From assembly GCA_965237745.1 (NCBI GenBank), contig OZ250156.1:3809426-3873425 (forward strand): a stretch of 64,000 nt of DNA, read 5' to 3'. Below are positions 8,034 to 17,510 of this stretch, in pieces. The translations under genes were made by a program, and so were the position numbers. This stretch comes from Dehalococcoidia bacterium. Its GTDB lineage: Bacteria; Chloroflexota; Dehalococcoidia; Lucifugimonadales; UBA3495. The notes below the pieces were generated by a model, which saw only the letters and a program-made list of their open reading frames with translations, was not told the origin of the DNA and ran no database searches. Numbering within the stretch: position 1 is the stretch's first letter; every line of letters starts with the position of its first letter.

Positions 8034-9575
8034 TCAGCCCGTCCTGGCGAGATTGCCGACGGCCTTGACCCTGACCAGGGTCGCATTGCTCGGCACGTAG
8101 GTCAGCGGCACTTCGTCTATCTCGACCACCTCTATGGTAGCCGGGTCGGCGCCGGCGGCTTCCGCCCGACGGACAGCCGCCGCCGAGCAGTCTAAGATGG
8201 CTTGGTCTCGCCCGTGGGCCTCCAGGGAATAGACCCTTTCCACCTGACCGCCAACTTGGGCGATGGCCGCGCCGATGGCATTGGCCACCCCGGCATGCTC
8301 CGGCCTAAGCACCTTCGACGCCCCGTTCAGCGAATCTCCCAGCAGCACACTCCCTCCGCCTACCAGCACCACCGGAACGTCCTCGTGGCTCAGTTTTACC
8401 CGATCTATTACCTCCTCAACGCGCCTCTGAACCTCAGACATGGCCCGGGATACCAGCGACTCGTCCAACCAACCTGCCAGACTCCTTTCCCCTACGTCGG
8501 CCCGCCCTTCGGTAACCGCTAGATCGGTAACCGTCAGAGTATTCCCTCCAAAGACCAGGGCCTCTTCTACCAAGCGGTAGCCGACGCTCTCGGGGCCGAT
8601 CCGGAACGGCTCCCGCTCCACCACGGTGCCGCCGCCCAATGGGATGGAGACCATATCCGGCATTCGGAAGTTGGTGCGAACCCCCGCGAGCTGGACTGCC
8701 ACGGCAGCCTCCCGCGGGAAACCCTTGGTCAGCGCCCCAACGTCCGTGGAGGTTCCGCCAACGTCAACCACGATGCCGTCAGTTACGCCAGAAAGGTAGG
8801 CCGCGCCCCGCATGCTGTTGGTTGGGCCGGAAGATATGGTCAATACCGGGAATTTGGAGGCAAACTCTGAATCCATCAGGGTCCCGTCGTTCTGGCTCAT
8901 ATATAGGGGCGCTGATATGCCCAGGGCCTCCAGGGCCAATCCAATGCCTTGGATCGTGCGGGTGGCAATGTCCCCCAAGCAGGCATTTAGGACTGCCGCG
9001 TTTTCTCTCTCCAACAGCCCCATACGTCCGTTCTCATGGGAGATGCAGACTCGGATTTCCGGAGCTTCCTGCCCGACGAGTTCCGCCGCTTCGGCCTCGT
9101 GCGCGGGGTTAACCGGGGAAAACACGCCTGATACCGCCACCGCCCTTATTCCGTGGCGCCGCATGTCCCGTACCGCTTCCCTGAATCCGTCCCGGTCCAG
9201 TTGCGAGATTTCACGTCCGTCAAACTCGTGTCCGCCGCGCACCATATAGGTGTGTCCGCCCAGCGCCTGCTTCAATGAATCCGGCCAGTCTACCAGGGGC
9301 GGCAGCAATTGCGTGGCGGGAAGCGCCAGCCTGACGACGGCCGTCGGCGACAAGTCTCGCTGCTCCAGCAGGGCGTTGGTAAAATGGGTCGTGCCCACCA
9401 TCACCGCGTCAACCTTCCCGTCTCTTGGCAGGTGGGTGCGCAACTCCGTGAGCGCTCCGACAATTCCGGAGGTAACGTCGGCAGAGGTCGGCAGCTTGAC
9501 CGCTCCCACCAAGTTGACTCCGTCCATCAGGACAGCGTCCGTATTGGTTCCTCCCACGTCGACGCCGATATACAC
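8034..9575 (-). CDS. Hydantoinase/oxoprolinase family protein (HyuA-like)
   Basis: MYIGVDVGGTNTDAVLMDG... at the N-terminus and a second ...IVVDVGGTSTDVG... ATPase motif, the typical two-lobe hydantoinase_A architecture. Confidence 0.85.
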   Translation of the reverse strand: MYIGVDVGGTNTDAVLMDGVNLVGAVKLPTSADVTSGIVGALTELRTHLPRDGKVDAVMVGTTHFTNALLEQRDLSPTAVVRLALPATQLLPPLVDWPDSLKQALGGHTYMVRGGHEFDGREISQLDRDGFREAVRDMRRHGIRAVAVSGVFSPVNPAHEAEAAELVGQEAPEIRVCISHENGRMGLLERENAAVLNACLGDIATRTIQGIGLALEALGISAPLYMSQNDGTLMDSEFASKFPVLTISSGPTNSMRGAAYLSGVTDGIVVDVGGTSTDVGALTKGFPREAAVAVQLAGVRTNFRMPDMVSIPLGGGTVVEREPFRIGPESVGYRLVEEALVFGGNTLTVTDLAVTEGRADVGERSLAGWLDESLVSRAMSEVQRRVEEVIDRVKLSHEDVPVVLVGGGSVLLGDSLNGASKVLRPEHAGVANAIGAAIAQVGGQVERVYSLEAHGRDQAILDCSAAAVRRAEAAGADPATIEVVEIDEVPLTYVPSNATLVRVKAVGNLARTG

Positions 9576-9586
9576 GGAGAACGCCC

Positions 9587-10657
9587 CTAGAGCGTCAGGG
9601 GGCTATATTCAGTGTCGTAACCGAAAGCCTGTGGCCCAGCAACGGCAAGGCCTTCGGGAGTGGTCCACAGGGATGGCGCAGGAAACCCGAGTATGGTCAC
9701 CCTCAGACCATAACGCATCAGCTCAGTGGTCACCGGTTCGCCAAACTCCGTCGCCACAGCGCAGATAAGGTCCGGAACGGTGCAGACCGTTTCGCCATCC
9801 CGCCGGGCAATGAGATTCTCGTTCTGGAACTCGATTACCATCCGACCACCAGCGAAGTCATCCAGCCCGTCGATGGTCAGCGTCCCGCGAGCGAATCCCG
9901 CGGTGGTGCGCCGGTCCAGGTCCACGACCTTGCCGCTAAAAAGCACTCTGCCCGGACACGTTTCGAGAATCGCATCCAATGGGTCGCGGCCCGACGCGCG
10001 GGCCTTCATCACAGCGTCACCCAAGTCGCGGGCCAAGGACAGAGTGTTGGGCACCGCGGTACGCCTCACCTGTTCGGAAGACATGGGAGCCACAGCGTAA
10101 CAGGCTACACAACCCATCTGCACGGTGATCGAGCGGGCCAGCCGCTCGGCCCAAGCCGGGCTGATGGTCTCTCGGATCACGACCGAGTTGCCCTTCTCAT
10201 CGGCGATGGCCATGGGGTAGCACGGCACGCCGTAGACGAAAAAAGTCTTCATCTGGAATTCGGGAAAGGCGCGGCCCATACCGTCCGCATCCACCACCGG
10301 GAGTCCGGCCATGGCCGCCGGGATCAGCGGTTCCACGGAGTTGCTGCCGCCGATTTCGTTGGAGATCAGGGCAGTGGCCTTCTCTCCAGTGTACTCCTCA
10401 ATGGCGCGGAGAGCGTGGTACGACTGCAGGTCGCGCACCTTCTCTATGCCGACGGTGGGAGCGCCTATGCCACCTACGCAGACCACCCGAGCATCATCGG
10501 GCAGTTCGCCAAGAGCCAGAACAGTCACCGGGCCCCACTGCCTGATCGCCTGCCGGGCCCGCAACTGCCCGATGTAGGGGTTGCCCCCGCCGCCGGTTCC
10601 CAGTATGCCGGCGCCGATGGCTATGGAGTCGAGAACGTCTTCTGTCGCTTGCCACAA
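9587..10657 (-). CDS. DUF917 family protein (usual partner of hydantoinase-like genes); start shortened
   Basis: IAIGAGILGTGGGGNPYIG... matches the DUF917 pattern. The track ORF extends to 10774 but overlaps tRNA-Leu (10733-10817). The in-frame TTG at 10657 is the first plausible start (uncertain). The stop is 12 nt upstream of the hydantoinase-like gene start. Confidence 0.7.
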   Translation of the reverse strand: MWQATEDVLDSIAIGAGILGTGGGGNPYIGQLRARQAIRQWGPVTVLALGELPDDARVVCVGGIGAPTVGIEKVRDLQSYHALRAIEEYTGEKATALISNEIGGSNSVEPLIPAAMAGLPVVDADGMGRAFPEFQMKTFFVYGVPCYPMAIADEKGNSVVIRETISPAWAERLARSITVQMGCVACYAVAPMSSEQVRRTAVPNTLSLARDLGDAVMKARASGRDPLDAILETCPGRVLFSGKVVDLDRRTTAGFARGTLTIDGLDDFAGGRMVIEFQNENLIARRDGETVCTVPDLICAVATEFGEPVTTELMRYGLRVTILGFPAPSLWTTPEGLAVAGPQAFGYDTEYSPLTL

Positions 10658-10732
10658 ACCTGTATCAACGCCGTGGTGGGATGAACAGCCGAGGACGATT
10701 GGAAACGGAGCTGGCCAGGGTCGTTCCAGGGA

Positions 10733-10817
10733 TGGTGGGGAAGGGGAGACTCGAACTCCCACGCTTTGCAGCACATGATCCTAAGTCATGCTCGTCTACC
10801 AGTTTCGACACTTCCCC
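10733..10817 (-). tRNA. tRNA-Leu (anticodon UAG), class II with long variable arm, CCA encoded
   Basis: The minus strand reads GGGGAAG-TG-...-CATGA CTTAGGA TCATG-(variable arm GTGCTGCAAAGCGT)-GGGAG TTCGAGT CTCCC-CTTCCCC-A-CCA. The acceptor, anticodon and T stems all pair. U33 and G37 flank TAG. Confidence 0.9.
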
Positions 10818-10981
10818 ACTGACAACGGGCCCCAATCGTCCATAGCGGCAACAAAAACGGGCGGCCAATCCCGTGCATCCTGAATCATACCACGGGATTG
10901 GCCGCCGGGAGTATTGCGCTGCGAGCCTTTGGGTTCCTCTCTCACGAGCGCGGCACGAGTTACAAATGTGTCTCCGGTCCT

Positions 10982-11860
10982 CTACCCGGTCTGAAGTTCC
11001 CAGATCCAACGTCCCAAAGCTACCAGCAATCCCAGCAGCGCCACCACCAGGGCGATCATTGCGATCAGGAAGTTACCGGAACTGCCGGGAGGTCCTGCGG
11101 GCCCTTGGACACCGGTCGACCCCGATTGCCCTTGAACGCCCTGCACACCAGGATTACCTGGATAGCCTTGAGACCCGCGTTCGCCGCGCACCACACCCGT
11201 CTCACCCGGTAGACCCGTCACACCCGGTAGACCCGTCACACCCGGTAGACCCGGTAGACCCGTCGTACCCGGTCCGCCCGTCGCGCCCGGTTCGCCCGTC
11301 GCGCCCGGTTGACCCGGCGCGCCCGGTTGACCCGGCGCACCCGGTAGACCCGGCGCACCCGGACGACCTGTCGCACCCGGTCGGGAAACAACAACCGTCG
11401 GTGGGAAAGTGGGATTGGAGGCGGGTCGTGTTGTCGGTCGAGCGGTGGGTCTTGGGGTATTGGTGGGAGGGGTCGTCGTTGTGGAGGCATTAAAAGTCAA
11501 ACCTCGATGGTCACCGCCAGAGGACCACACTACGGTTTCACTTGCCGTTAAGCCCCTCACAATAATGGAAATCACCTCGCCAGCATATGAAGGGTCATTT
11601 CCAGGGGACGGGTCTATTTGCAGAAGGAATATTCCTGAAGCCCCAGTTGTGGTGGTAGCCACTACTGTTTTGTCTATAATTCCTTGAATCAAAGTATTTT
11701 GGGGAGCCGCTTGATTGTCAATGTACGCATTGGCAAGGATAGTAAGCGGTACTTCTCCAGGAGTAGCAGACTTTGGAGCACCAGAAACGATGGCCGGTAT
11801 GCTAACCAGCAGGGTGGTCATTGCAACAAAAACAAGGAATTTGGTCCAAGTAGGCTTCAT
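10982..11860 (-). CDS. Collagen-like triple-helix-repeat protein with signal peptide and C-terminal membrane anchor
   Basis: [29 protein letters not shown] signal-like N-terminus (Met 10 of the track ORF, preceded by GGAGAG). A ~120-aa domain is followed by a Thr/Pro linker and about 33 G-X-Y triplets ([19 protein letters not shown]...[10 protein letters not shown]). The protein ends in the hydrophobic tail [23 protein letters not shown]. Confidence 0.85.
   Translation of the reverse strand: MKPTWTKFLVFVAMTTLLVSIPAIVSGAPKSATPGEVPLTILANAYIDNQAAPQNTLIQGIIDKTVVATTTTGASGIFLLQIDPSPGNDPSYAGEVISIIVRGLTASETVVWSSGGDHRGLTFNASTTTTPPTNTPRPTARPTTRPASNPTFPPTVVVSRPGATGRPGAPGLPGAPGQPGAPGQPGATGEPGATGGPGTTGLPGLPGVTGLPGVTGLPGETGVVRGERGSQGYPGNPGVQGVQGQSGSTGVQGPAGPPGSSGNFLIAMIALVVALLGLLVALGRWIWELQTG
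11075..11377. repeat. Coding tandem repeats (9/18-bp periodicity) encoding the G-X-Y region
   Basis: Plus-strand units such as CACCCGGTAGACCCGTCA and GCGCCCGGTTGACCCGGC recur back to back. The antisense ORF 10873..11493 shows an HPVDPS periodicity as a shadow. Confidence 0.8.
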
Positions 11861-12241
11861 TGGCGAACTCTCCACAACGCATCTCAAACTAGCCTAATCC
11901 AACGCGACGGGTGCCTTGCGCACCGAGTAAAATAGGCCGAACAGGTCCGTTGGTTTGTGGAAGAGTTGCCGCCCCACCCTCAGCCGCTGGCGCAGCCGTA
12001 GAACGCCTGGGCGCGTTCGTTCTTCCCACATCCCGCACTCCTGACTTGAGATTTTATTTAACCGGCTGGCAAAGTTCCAGCAATAAATGAGCAAGTTTTA
12101 AGGAAATTACAGTATTTAGCTTTTGTGAAGAACTGTCCCCGCTGGCCTCGCAGGGGCATTGCTACCGCGGCGTGCCCATAGGGACGGTTCAAACCGTCGC
12201 ATGTAAACAGGAGAAAGTAAGTTCCCAAGAGGAGATAGCGC

Positions 12242-12745
12242 ATGGCTCAAGCAGGCCAGGCAGAGACGCCTTCCTCACCTGAGGGGTACATCGCCGGGCT
12301 GCCGGAGGATCGGGCGGAGCAGATCAGCCAACTGCGAGAGGTAATCCTGCGGCGACTGCCGAATGGCTACGAGGAGCAGATGGACTTCGGTATGATCGCC
12401 TACGTCATTCCGTTGGAGACCTACTCAAACACCTACAATGGCCATCCGCTCATGTATGCTGCCCTGGCCTCCCAGAAGCGGCACATGTCCCTTTACCTGA
12501 TGAACGTCTACGGAGACGAGGAGATGCTTCGCTGGTTCACCGAGGGCTTCGCCGCCGCCGGCAAGAAGCTGGACATGGGTAAAGCCTGTGTGCGGTTCAA
12601 AAAACTGGACGACCTGCCGCTGGAGTTAATCGGTGATGTGATCGCCCGCACTCCGGTGGCCGATTACATCGCCGGTTATGAAACCTCGCGGGCTCAGATG
12701 GCGAGCAACCGCGAGGCGCGCCGGAAAACCGCAGGCAAAAATTAG
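12242..12745 (+). CDS. DUF1801 domain protein (YdhG-like)
   Basis: 167 aa: ...YIAGLPEDRAEQISQLREVILRRLPNGYEEQMDFGMIAY...KACVRFKKLDDLPLELIGDVI, the typical DUF1801 pattern. Confidence 0.75.
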   Translation: MAQAGQAETPSSPEGYIAGLPEDRAEQISQLREVILRRLPNGYEEQMDFGMIAYVIPLETYSNTYNGHPLMYAALASQKRHMSLYLMNVYGDEEMLRWFTEGFAAAGKKLDMGKACVRFKKLDDLPLELIGDVIARTPVADYIAGYETSRAQMASNREARRKTAGKN

Positions 12746-12854
12746 GCATCTCGGATCGCCATTCGAGAAACGGCCAGGGTCAGGAAGATTAGTCGGAGAT
12801 GCTCCGCCTCCTGGGCCCTGGCCGTTTGCGTACAAAGGGCCGGCCCGACCGCAA

Positions 12855-13385
12855 TTACCGGTGCCAGCCCGTTCCACCGAAGTAGCCGCGTATGTAGGCC
12901 ACCTGGCCTCCGTGGACGATGTTGTCCCACACCAGGATGCCAAGGGCATCGGCCACCGACATGGTGGATCCCGCCGGGCCGGGAGCAGTAACTTGACGAT
13001 CCAGCCCATTTGCGTCCAAGCTGTTGATGTAGGCGCGGGCGGCCGCGTTCACCGCGTCGTAATAGCCCATCAGCACATCACGTGCGGGGCAGTCCCATTG
13101 GGCAACCTGCTCGGCGCTCCACCCTATACCGAATTGTTCAGGGTCATTTTCCATGCTGAACTTTTCGTGCCAGCCTCCTGCCGTCCAGAGTTGGCCAGTA
13201 TCTTGGAAGCGGGTATGGATGAAACGGTCGGCTACGCGGGTCATGTGCCAGACCAGCCAGGCCATGGAATTGGACTGGTCATTGGGCATACTGTTCAGGG
13301 TGGCGTCGTCAACGCCATCGACGGCGGTGGACACCATGTCCCAGTTGCGTTGCAGGGCCAAAATAGTGGTGTCTGCGTCAGACAT
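12855..13385 (-). CDS. DinB-family (DinB_2-like) protein
   Basis: Start moved to Met 29 of the track ORF (MSDADTT...), preceded by GAGGAGGAGG. The WLVWHMTRVADRF...VHGGQVAYIRG pattern matches DinB-like four-helix-bundle proteins. Confidence 0.75.
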   Translation of the reverse strand: MSDADTTILALQRNWDMVSTAVDGVDDATLNSMPNDQSNSMAWLVWHMTRVADRFIHTRFQDTGQLWTAGGWHEKFSMENDPEQFGIGWSAEQVAQWDCPARDVLMGYYDAVNAAARAYINSLDANGLDRQVTAPGPAGSTMSVADALGILVWDNIVHGGQVAYIRGYFGGTGWHR

Positions 13386-13492
13386 TTCGTCCCCTCCTCC
13401 TCGATTTATCAATGTCGACTTGATATGGAATGAACCGCCGCAAATGTAGACCCGCAGGCGGTCAATCACAAGCCCAGGCCCAAACGCCGGGC

Positions 13493-13540
13493 AAAAAACA
13501 AGCGCCCTTCCTGAAACCGGAAAGGCGCGTCTGTTTTTGT
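13493..13540 (-). terminator. Bidirectional hairpin terminator downstream of tRNA-Lys
   Basis: GCGCCCTTCC...GGAAAGGCGC stem (one mismatch). The minus strand follows it with TTGTTTTTTG, the plus strand with CTGTTTTTGT. Confidence 0.7.
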
Positions 13541-13543
13541 CTG

Positions 13544-13619
13544 TGGTGACCCGCCTCGGGGTCGAACCGAGAACCTACGGATTAAGAGTCCGTTGCTCTG
13601 CCAGTTGAGCTAGCGGGCC
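13544..13619 (-). tRNA. tRNA-Lys (anticodon CUU), CCA encoded
   Basis: GGCCCGC-TA-GCTC AACTGGCA GAGC-A-ACGGA CTCTTAA TCCGT-AGGTT-CTCGG TTCGACC CCGAG-GCGGGTC-A-CCA. All four stems pair, with one G-U in the acceptor. Confidence 0.9.
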
Positions 13620-13674
13620 AGCGTATCCCAATCTATCAACATACAGTCGAACCTGTCAATTCCACAGAGGTAAC

Positions 13675-14406
13675 TCACACGCCATAGTCCAGCCGCTCAA
13701 TCAGATACTGGGGAAGTCCGGCATCTCTCATCTTGGCCTGGGTGCCCCGGAAGTCGTACACGACACGATGATGTTCAACGGTAAGGGCGTCGCTGTCGAA
13801 AACGGCATAGCTGGTCCGGGAATCCCGGTCCCGGGGTTGGCCCACGCTCCCTGGGTTGATGATGCAGCGCTGGGCATCCAAGGGCACCAGCCGGGCTTCC
13901 GGCAGGGGAAGAAACAGGGGCGTTCCGCCGTTCTCTGGGCAGATAAAGGGATGGTGCGAGTGTCCCACCAAGCAATAATCGGTGGCCAGCAGGTTGAAGG
14001 TAACCAATGCCTGCGACGGGTGCATCAGGTATTCGACTATCGGGTCCCGCAGACTTCCGTGGACCAGGGTGAACGGAGGTTGCAGCCTCACAGTGGGCAG
14101 TTCGGCCAAGAATTCAATCTCATCGGCGCTCAACTGCTCCTCCGTCCATCGGATGGCGGCGTGGGCTGCACCGTTGAAATCGGCCGGGTCGATAACGCCG
14201 GCCGCCGCATAGTCGTGATTTCCGGCCACAGCCGTCAGGTCGAACTCCCGCAGGCGCCCAAGACAGGCGGACGGATCCGGCCCGTAACCCACCATATCGC
14301 CCAGGCACCAGATGCGGTCGAACCCTCCTCGGTCTTGCGCGTGGTTCAGGACCGCTTCCAGGGCCTCAAGATTGGAGTGTACGTCCGACACGATTAAGGC
14401 GCGCAA
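13675..14406 (-). CDS. Metallophosphoesterase family protein
   Basis: MRALIVSDVHSN...WCLGDMVGYGP...VAGNHD...LVGHSHH motifs (DxH / GD / GNH / GH). Confidence 0.85.
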   Translation of the reverse strand: MRALIVSDVHSNLEALEAVLNHAQDRGGFDRIWCLGDMVGYGPDPSACLGRLREFDLTAVAGNHDYAAAGVIDPADFNGAAHAAIRWTEEQLSADEIEFLAELPTVRLQPPFTLVHGSLRDPIVEYLMHPSQALVTFNLLATDYCLVGHSHHPFICPENGGTPLFLPLPEARLVPLDAQRCIINPGSVGQPRDRDSRTSYAVFDSDALTVEHHRVVYDFRGTQAKMRDAGLPQYLIERLDYGV

Positions 14407-14525
14407 CCTTTCTCACCCACTGCATGCCACGATTTCTGCAGAACTCCTGCGTTGCGGGTATTATAGCAACCGGCAACCTGGCTCCCCCTTTGCGGAATCA
14501 CATCGTCATACGGGAGACGGCAACC

Positions 14526-15533
14526 ATGACCGCAGCTAAACCACAGGTACACGTCATTGGCACCGGCGGCAGCATCGCCGGGATCGGTCCGGACCGGATG
14601 GACTACATCCTATACTCCGAAATCGGCGACCACCTGACCATCGAACAGTCCTTGGAGCGCGTCCCCGAACTACGGGACATCGCCTCGATTACCTCCGAGG
14701 ACCTGGTCAGCGTGGGCAGCACCGCCATTGGTCCAAAGGACTGGATTGCTCTTACAGGGCGAATCAACGGTTTGCTTCGCGACAACCCCGGTCTTACCGG
14801 GATTGCCGTAACCCACGGGACGGCAACGCTGGAGGAGACTGCCTATTTTCTGCACCTAGCAGTAAAGACCGACAAGCCAGTGGTGGTCACCGGCGCGATG
14901 CGGCCGCCCACTGCCCTCGGTACGGACGCCGACCTGAACCTGATGGACGCAGTGCGCATCGCCGCATCGCCGCACGCCGGCGGGATGGGCGTCCTGACGG
15001 TGCTGAACAACGAAATCCACTCGGGTCGCGATGTTTCCAAGTCCAACACCTTCCGCGTTGAAACCTTCCGGCCCAACGAACTCGGCTTCCTGGGCTACGC
15101 CGACTCTGACCACCAAGTGGTCTTCTACCGTGCGCCGCTTCGCAAGCACACCACCGCCACGCCTTTCGAAGTGGAAGGCCGTGACGACCTGCCGCGGGTG
15201 GAGATCGTGTACGCCTACGCAGGGGCCGATGGCGCCATTGTCGACGCCGTGCGGCAGATCCGTCCGGACGGGCTGGTTGTGGCTGGATTTGGCGGCGGCA
15301 CCTACCCACCGGCCTTCATCGCGGCAGCGGCTCGCGCCGTGGAGGACGGAATCCCAGTGGTGCTGGCCTCCCGCTCGACGGCGGGACGGGTGGTGACGAC
15401 GCCCGCCAAGGAGCGGCAGGGCTTCATCGTCTCCGATAACCTGTTACCGCAGAAGGCGCGCATCCTGCTGATGCTCGCCCTGACTGTCAACAAAGACCGG
15501 GAGTGGCTGCAACAGGCATTCTTCGAATACTGA
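14526..15533 (+). CDS. L-asparaginase (type II-like)
   Basis: Start at MTAAKPQVHVIGTGGSIAG (threonine-containing TGGSIAG motif), preceded by GGGAGA. Also ...VTHGTATLEETAYFL... and a PQKARILLMLAL tail. Confidence 0.85.
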   Translation: MTAAKPQVHVIGTGGSIAGIGPDRMDYILYSEIGDHLTIEQSLERVPELRDIASITSEDLVSVGSTAIGPKDWIALTGRINGLLRDNPGLTGIAVTHGTATLEETAYFLHLAVKTDKPVVVTGAMRPPTALGTDADLNLMDAVRIAASPHAGGMGVLTVLNNEIHSGRDVSKSNTFRVETFRPNELGFLGYADSDHQVVFYRAPLRKHTTATPFEVEGRDDLPRVEIVYAYAGADGAIVDAVRQIRPDGLVVAGFGGGTYPPAFIAAAARAVEDGIPVVLASRSTAGRVVTTPAKERQGFIVSDNLLPQKARILLMLALTVNKDREWLQQAFFEY

Positions 15534-15584
15534 TTCCGTGTATAATTCGCGAATTCAAATAGTGGGCGCCCGTGCTTAACAACC

Positions 15585-16874
15585 ATGTCCGCTCACGATA
15601 AATTGCCGCAAGGAACGCAGCCGGTGGCACAAGTAGCAGCAGGCCAGGAATCCCCGGCGGAATACGGACCGCGACGGACCAAGGACCCCATCATGGCAAC
15701 GACCGTGATCGGGGCCCACACCCTCGAGCATATGTATGGCCGTGGATTCCTGGTGCTCATCACGGCCATCTACGTGAGCCTCGGTCTGAACCCAATCCAA
15801 GCGGGACTTCTGGACGGAGTCCGGCAGCTTGCCGGTGGAGCCACCAGCATGTCTGGCGGCTTCTTCGTGGACATATTCCAGCACCGGCGGGCGCAGGTGC
15901 TCACCCTCAGCCTGGCACTCATCGGCATCGGCTACTTCCTCGTATCCATCTCTCCGGCCTACTGGCAGGTGCTGGCGGCGCTCGCGGTAGCATCGGCAGG
16001 AACAGCCATGTGGCATCCGCCGGCCCTGGGGTTGCTGGCGCAGCGTTTCCCGCAGCGTCGCGGGCTGTTCATTTCGATGCACCGCTCCACGGGCAACGTC
16101 GGAGACTGGATTGGCCCACTGATCGTGAGCGGTCTGCTGGCACTAATCGGCTGGCGTTGGATAGTGGGCGGCGGCGCACCCATCATGCTGGTGCTTGCAA
16201 CTGCGATCTTTCTGCTCCTGCGGAACGTTGACGGCCCTGCCCTGCCAGGGGTGGACTACGGGCAGAAAATGAAGCAGCAGCTGCGCGACATGGCCAGTTC
16301 CTTCCGCGGCACCGGTATGTGGAGCATCTTCACCGTATCGGCGGTTCGGGGAATGGGCGACCGGTCTCTGTTGTGGGTTATTCCTCTCTACCTGTCCAAT
16401 GACTTGGGATTCAGCAACTTCTGGGTCGGTTTCCACGTTGCGCTGTTCGCCGTGCCGGGCATCATAACCGGGCCGATCTTCGGCGCAGTGTCCGACCGCA
16501 TCGGACGCAAGCTCATCACGATGTTCATCATGGCTGCGACCGGAGTAATAACGCTGGCCATCGTGATGCTGGGCGACAGCTGGGCAATGACGGCGATGGT
16601 GTTCCTGTTCGGAGTGTTCATCTTCACCGTCAATTCGCTGACCCAGGCGGCGGCCATTGACGTGGCTGAAGGCAAGGGACTGGAGGGCACGTTCATCGGC
16701 CTGATGTGGGGCAGCAATGCCTTCTTCGGCGCGATGGCGTCCATTGGTGCGGGGTTCCTGGCAGACTACGCCGGATGGTCATCGGCGTTCTATCTGGCCG
16801 CGGGGCTGTACTTCCTCGGTTTCGTGGTCTCGCTGCTAATGCCGAACGGAAGAGTGAGAGGCGCAGCGGCGTAG
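15585..16874 (+). CDS. MFS transporter
   Basis: 429 aa with about 12 hydrophobic spans and a loop motif ...QRFPQRRGLFISMHRS... after TM2/3. An alternative start at 15693 (MATTVIG) is possible. Confidence 0.8.
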   Translation: MSAHDKLPQGTQPVAQVAAGQESPAEYGPRRTKDPIMATTVIGAHTLEHMYGRGFLVLITAIYVSLGLNPIQAGLLDGVRQLAGGATSMSGGFFVDIFQHRRAQVLTLSLALIGIGYFLVSISPAYWQVLAALAVASAGTAMWHPPALGLLAQRFPQRRGLFISMHRSTGNVGDWIGPLIVSGLLALIGWRWIVGGGAPIMLVLATAIFLLLRNVDGPALPGVDYGQKMKQQLRDMASSFRGTGMWSIFTVSAVRGMGDRSLLWVIPLYLSNDLGFSNFWVGFHVALFAVPGIITGPIFGAVSDRIGRKLITMFIMAATGVITLAIVMLGDSWAMTAMVFLFGVFIFTVNSLTQAAAIDVAEGKGLEGTFIGLMWGSNAFFGAMASIGAGFLADYAGWSSAFYLAAGLYFLGFVVSLLMPNGRVRGAAA

Positions 16875-16904
16875 GGGACTGGCCAAGTAATCACCCGAGT
16901 CGGC

Positions 16905-17507
16905 CTACGAGGCAAAGGTTTCTATCGCCTTGCGGTATTGTTCAGGCGTGTTCAGGTCAAGCAGAATTTCGGGGTTATCCAGCGGAATGCGGTTGACCTC
17001 CTCCGGTCGGCGCCCCACCACAGCCTTGATGCCCTGAGAGTCCTCGTCGATGCTCCGCAACTCGCCCAGCAAGTTGGCAGACAGCACTATCGGGTGTCCA
17101 CCCTTGCCCAAGTGGGCCGGAACGGTGATGGCGTAGTTGGCGGCGCGATGGACACTCAGAATGTGGGCAATGTCAGCAACTGAGCGTGGCTGGTCCACAT
17201 TCAGCAGCAGTATGGCCCCCACGGCGCCCGGATCAATCGCCGAGAGGCCAGCCTTGATCGAAGTTGTCTTACCCTGCAGGTAATCGGGGTTCAGGACCCA
17301 GTTGACGCCGTCCTTGCCCTCGATCAGGGGACGTAACTCGTCGGCCCGGTGGCCCAGCACCACCACCACCCGGTCGGCGCCGCCCTCCCGCAACGCGGAG
17401 ACCTGGTGTTCCAGCAAGGTTTGCCCGCGCCACGGCAAGAGGGCTTTCAACTGGCCCATTCTGCTGGACTCACCGGCGGCCAGCAGAATGGCCCACACCT
17501 CGCTCAT
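16905..17507 (-). CDS. mocA: Molybdenum cofactor cytidylyltransferase (MocA-like nucleotidyltransferase)
   Basis: MSEVWAILLAAGESSRMGQLKALLPWRGQTLLEHQV..., the LAAGxSxRMG NTP-transferase motif. Lies 3 nt downstream of xdhC. Confidence 0.8.
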   Translation of the reverse strand: MSEVWAILLAAGESSRMGQLKALLPWRGQTLLEHQVSALREGGADRVVVVLGHRADELRPLIEGKDGVNWVLNPDYLQGKTTSIKAGLSAIDPGAVGAILLLNVDQPRSVADIAHILSVHRAANYAITVPAHLGKGGHPIVLSANLLGELRSIDEDSQGIKAVVGRRPEEVNRIPLDNPEILLDLNTPEQYRKAIETFAS

Positions 17508-17510
17508 CCG

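Noticed and set aside
10658-10774. N-terminal 39 codons of the track ORF 9587..10774 (MLQSVGVRVSPSPPSLERPW...)
   Set aside because: It overlaps tRNA-Leu (10733-10817) on the same strand, and the conserved DUF917 region starts later. The true start is uncertain; I propose the TTG at 10657.
11200-11370. Regularly spaced short repeats that could suggest a CRISPR array; the same applies to 49782-49817
   Set aside because: The units are 9-18 bp, contiguous with no spacers, and in frame within coding sequence (G-X-Y triplets and the TDLS repeat). I found no CRISPR-like repeat-spacer architecture anywhere in the window.
10873-11493. Plus-strand ORF with [12 protein letters not shown] periodic repeats
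   Set aside because: It is the antisense shadow of the collagen-like G-X-Y coding repeats. The minus-strand frame has a signal peptide, a linker and an anchor, and is the coherent gene.
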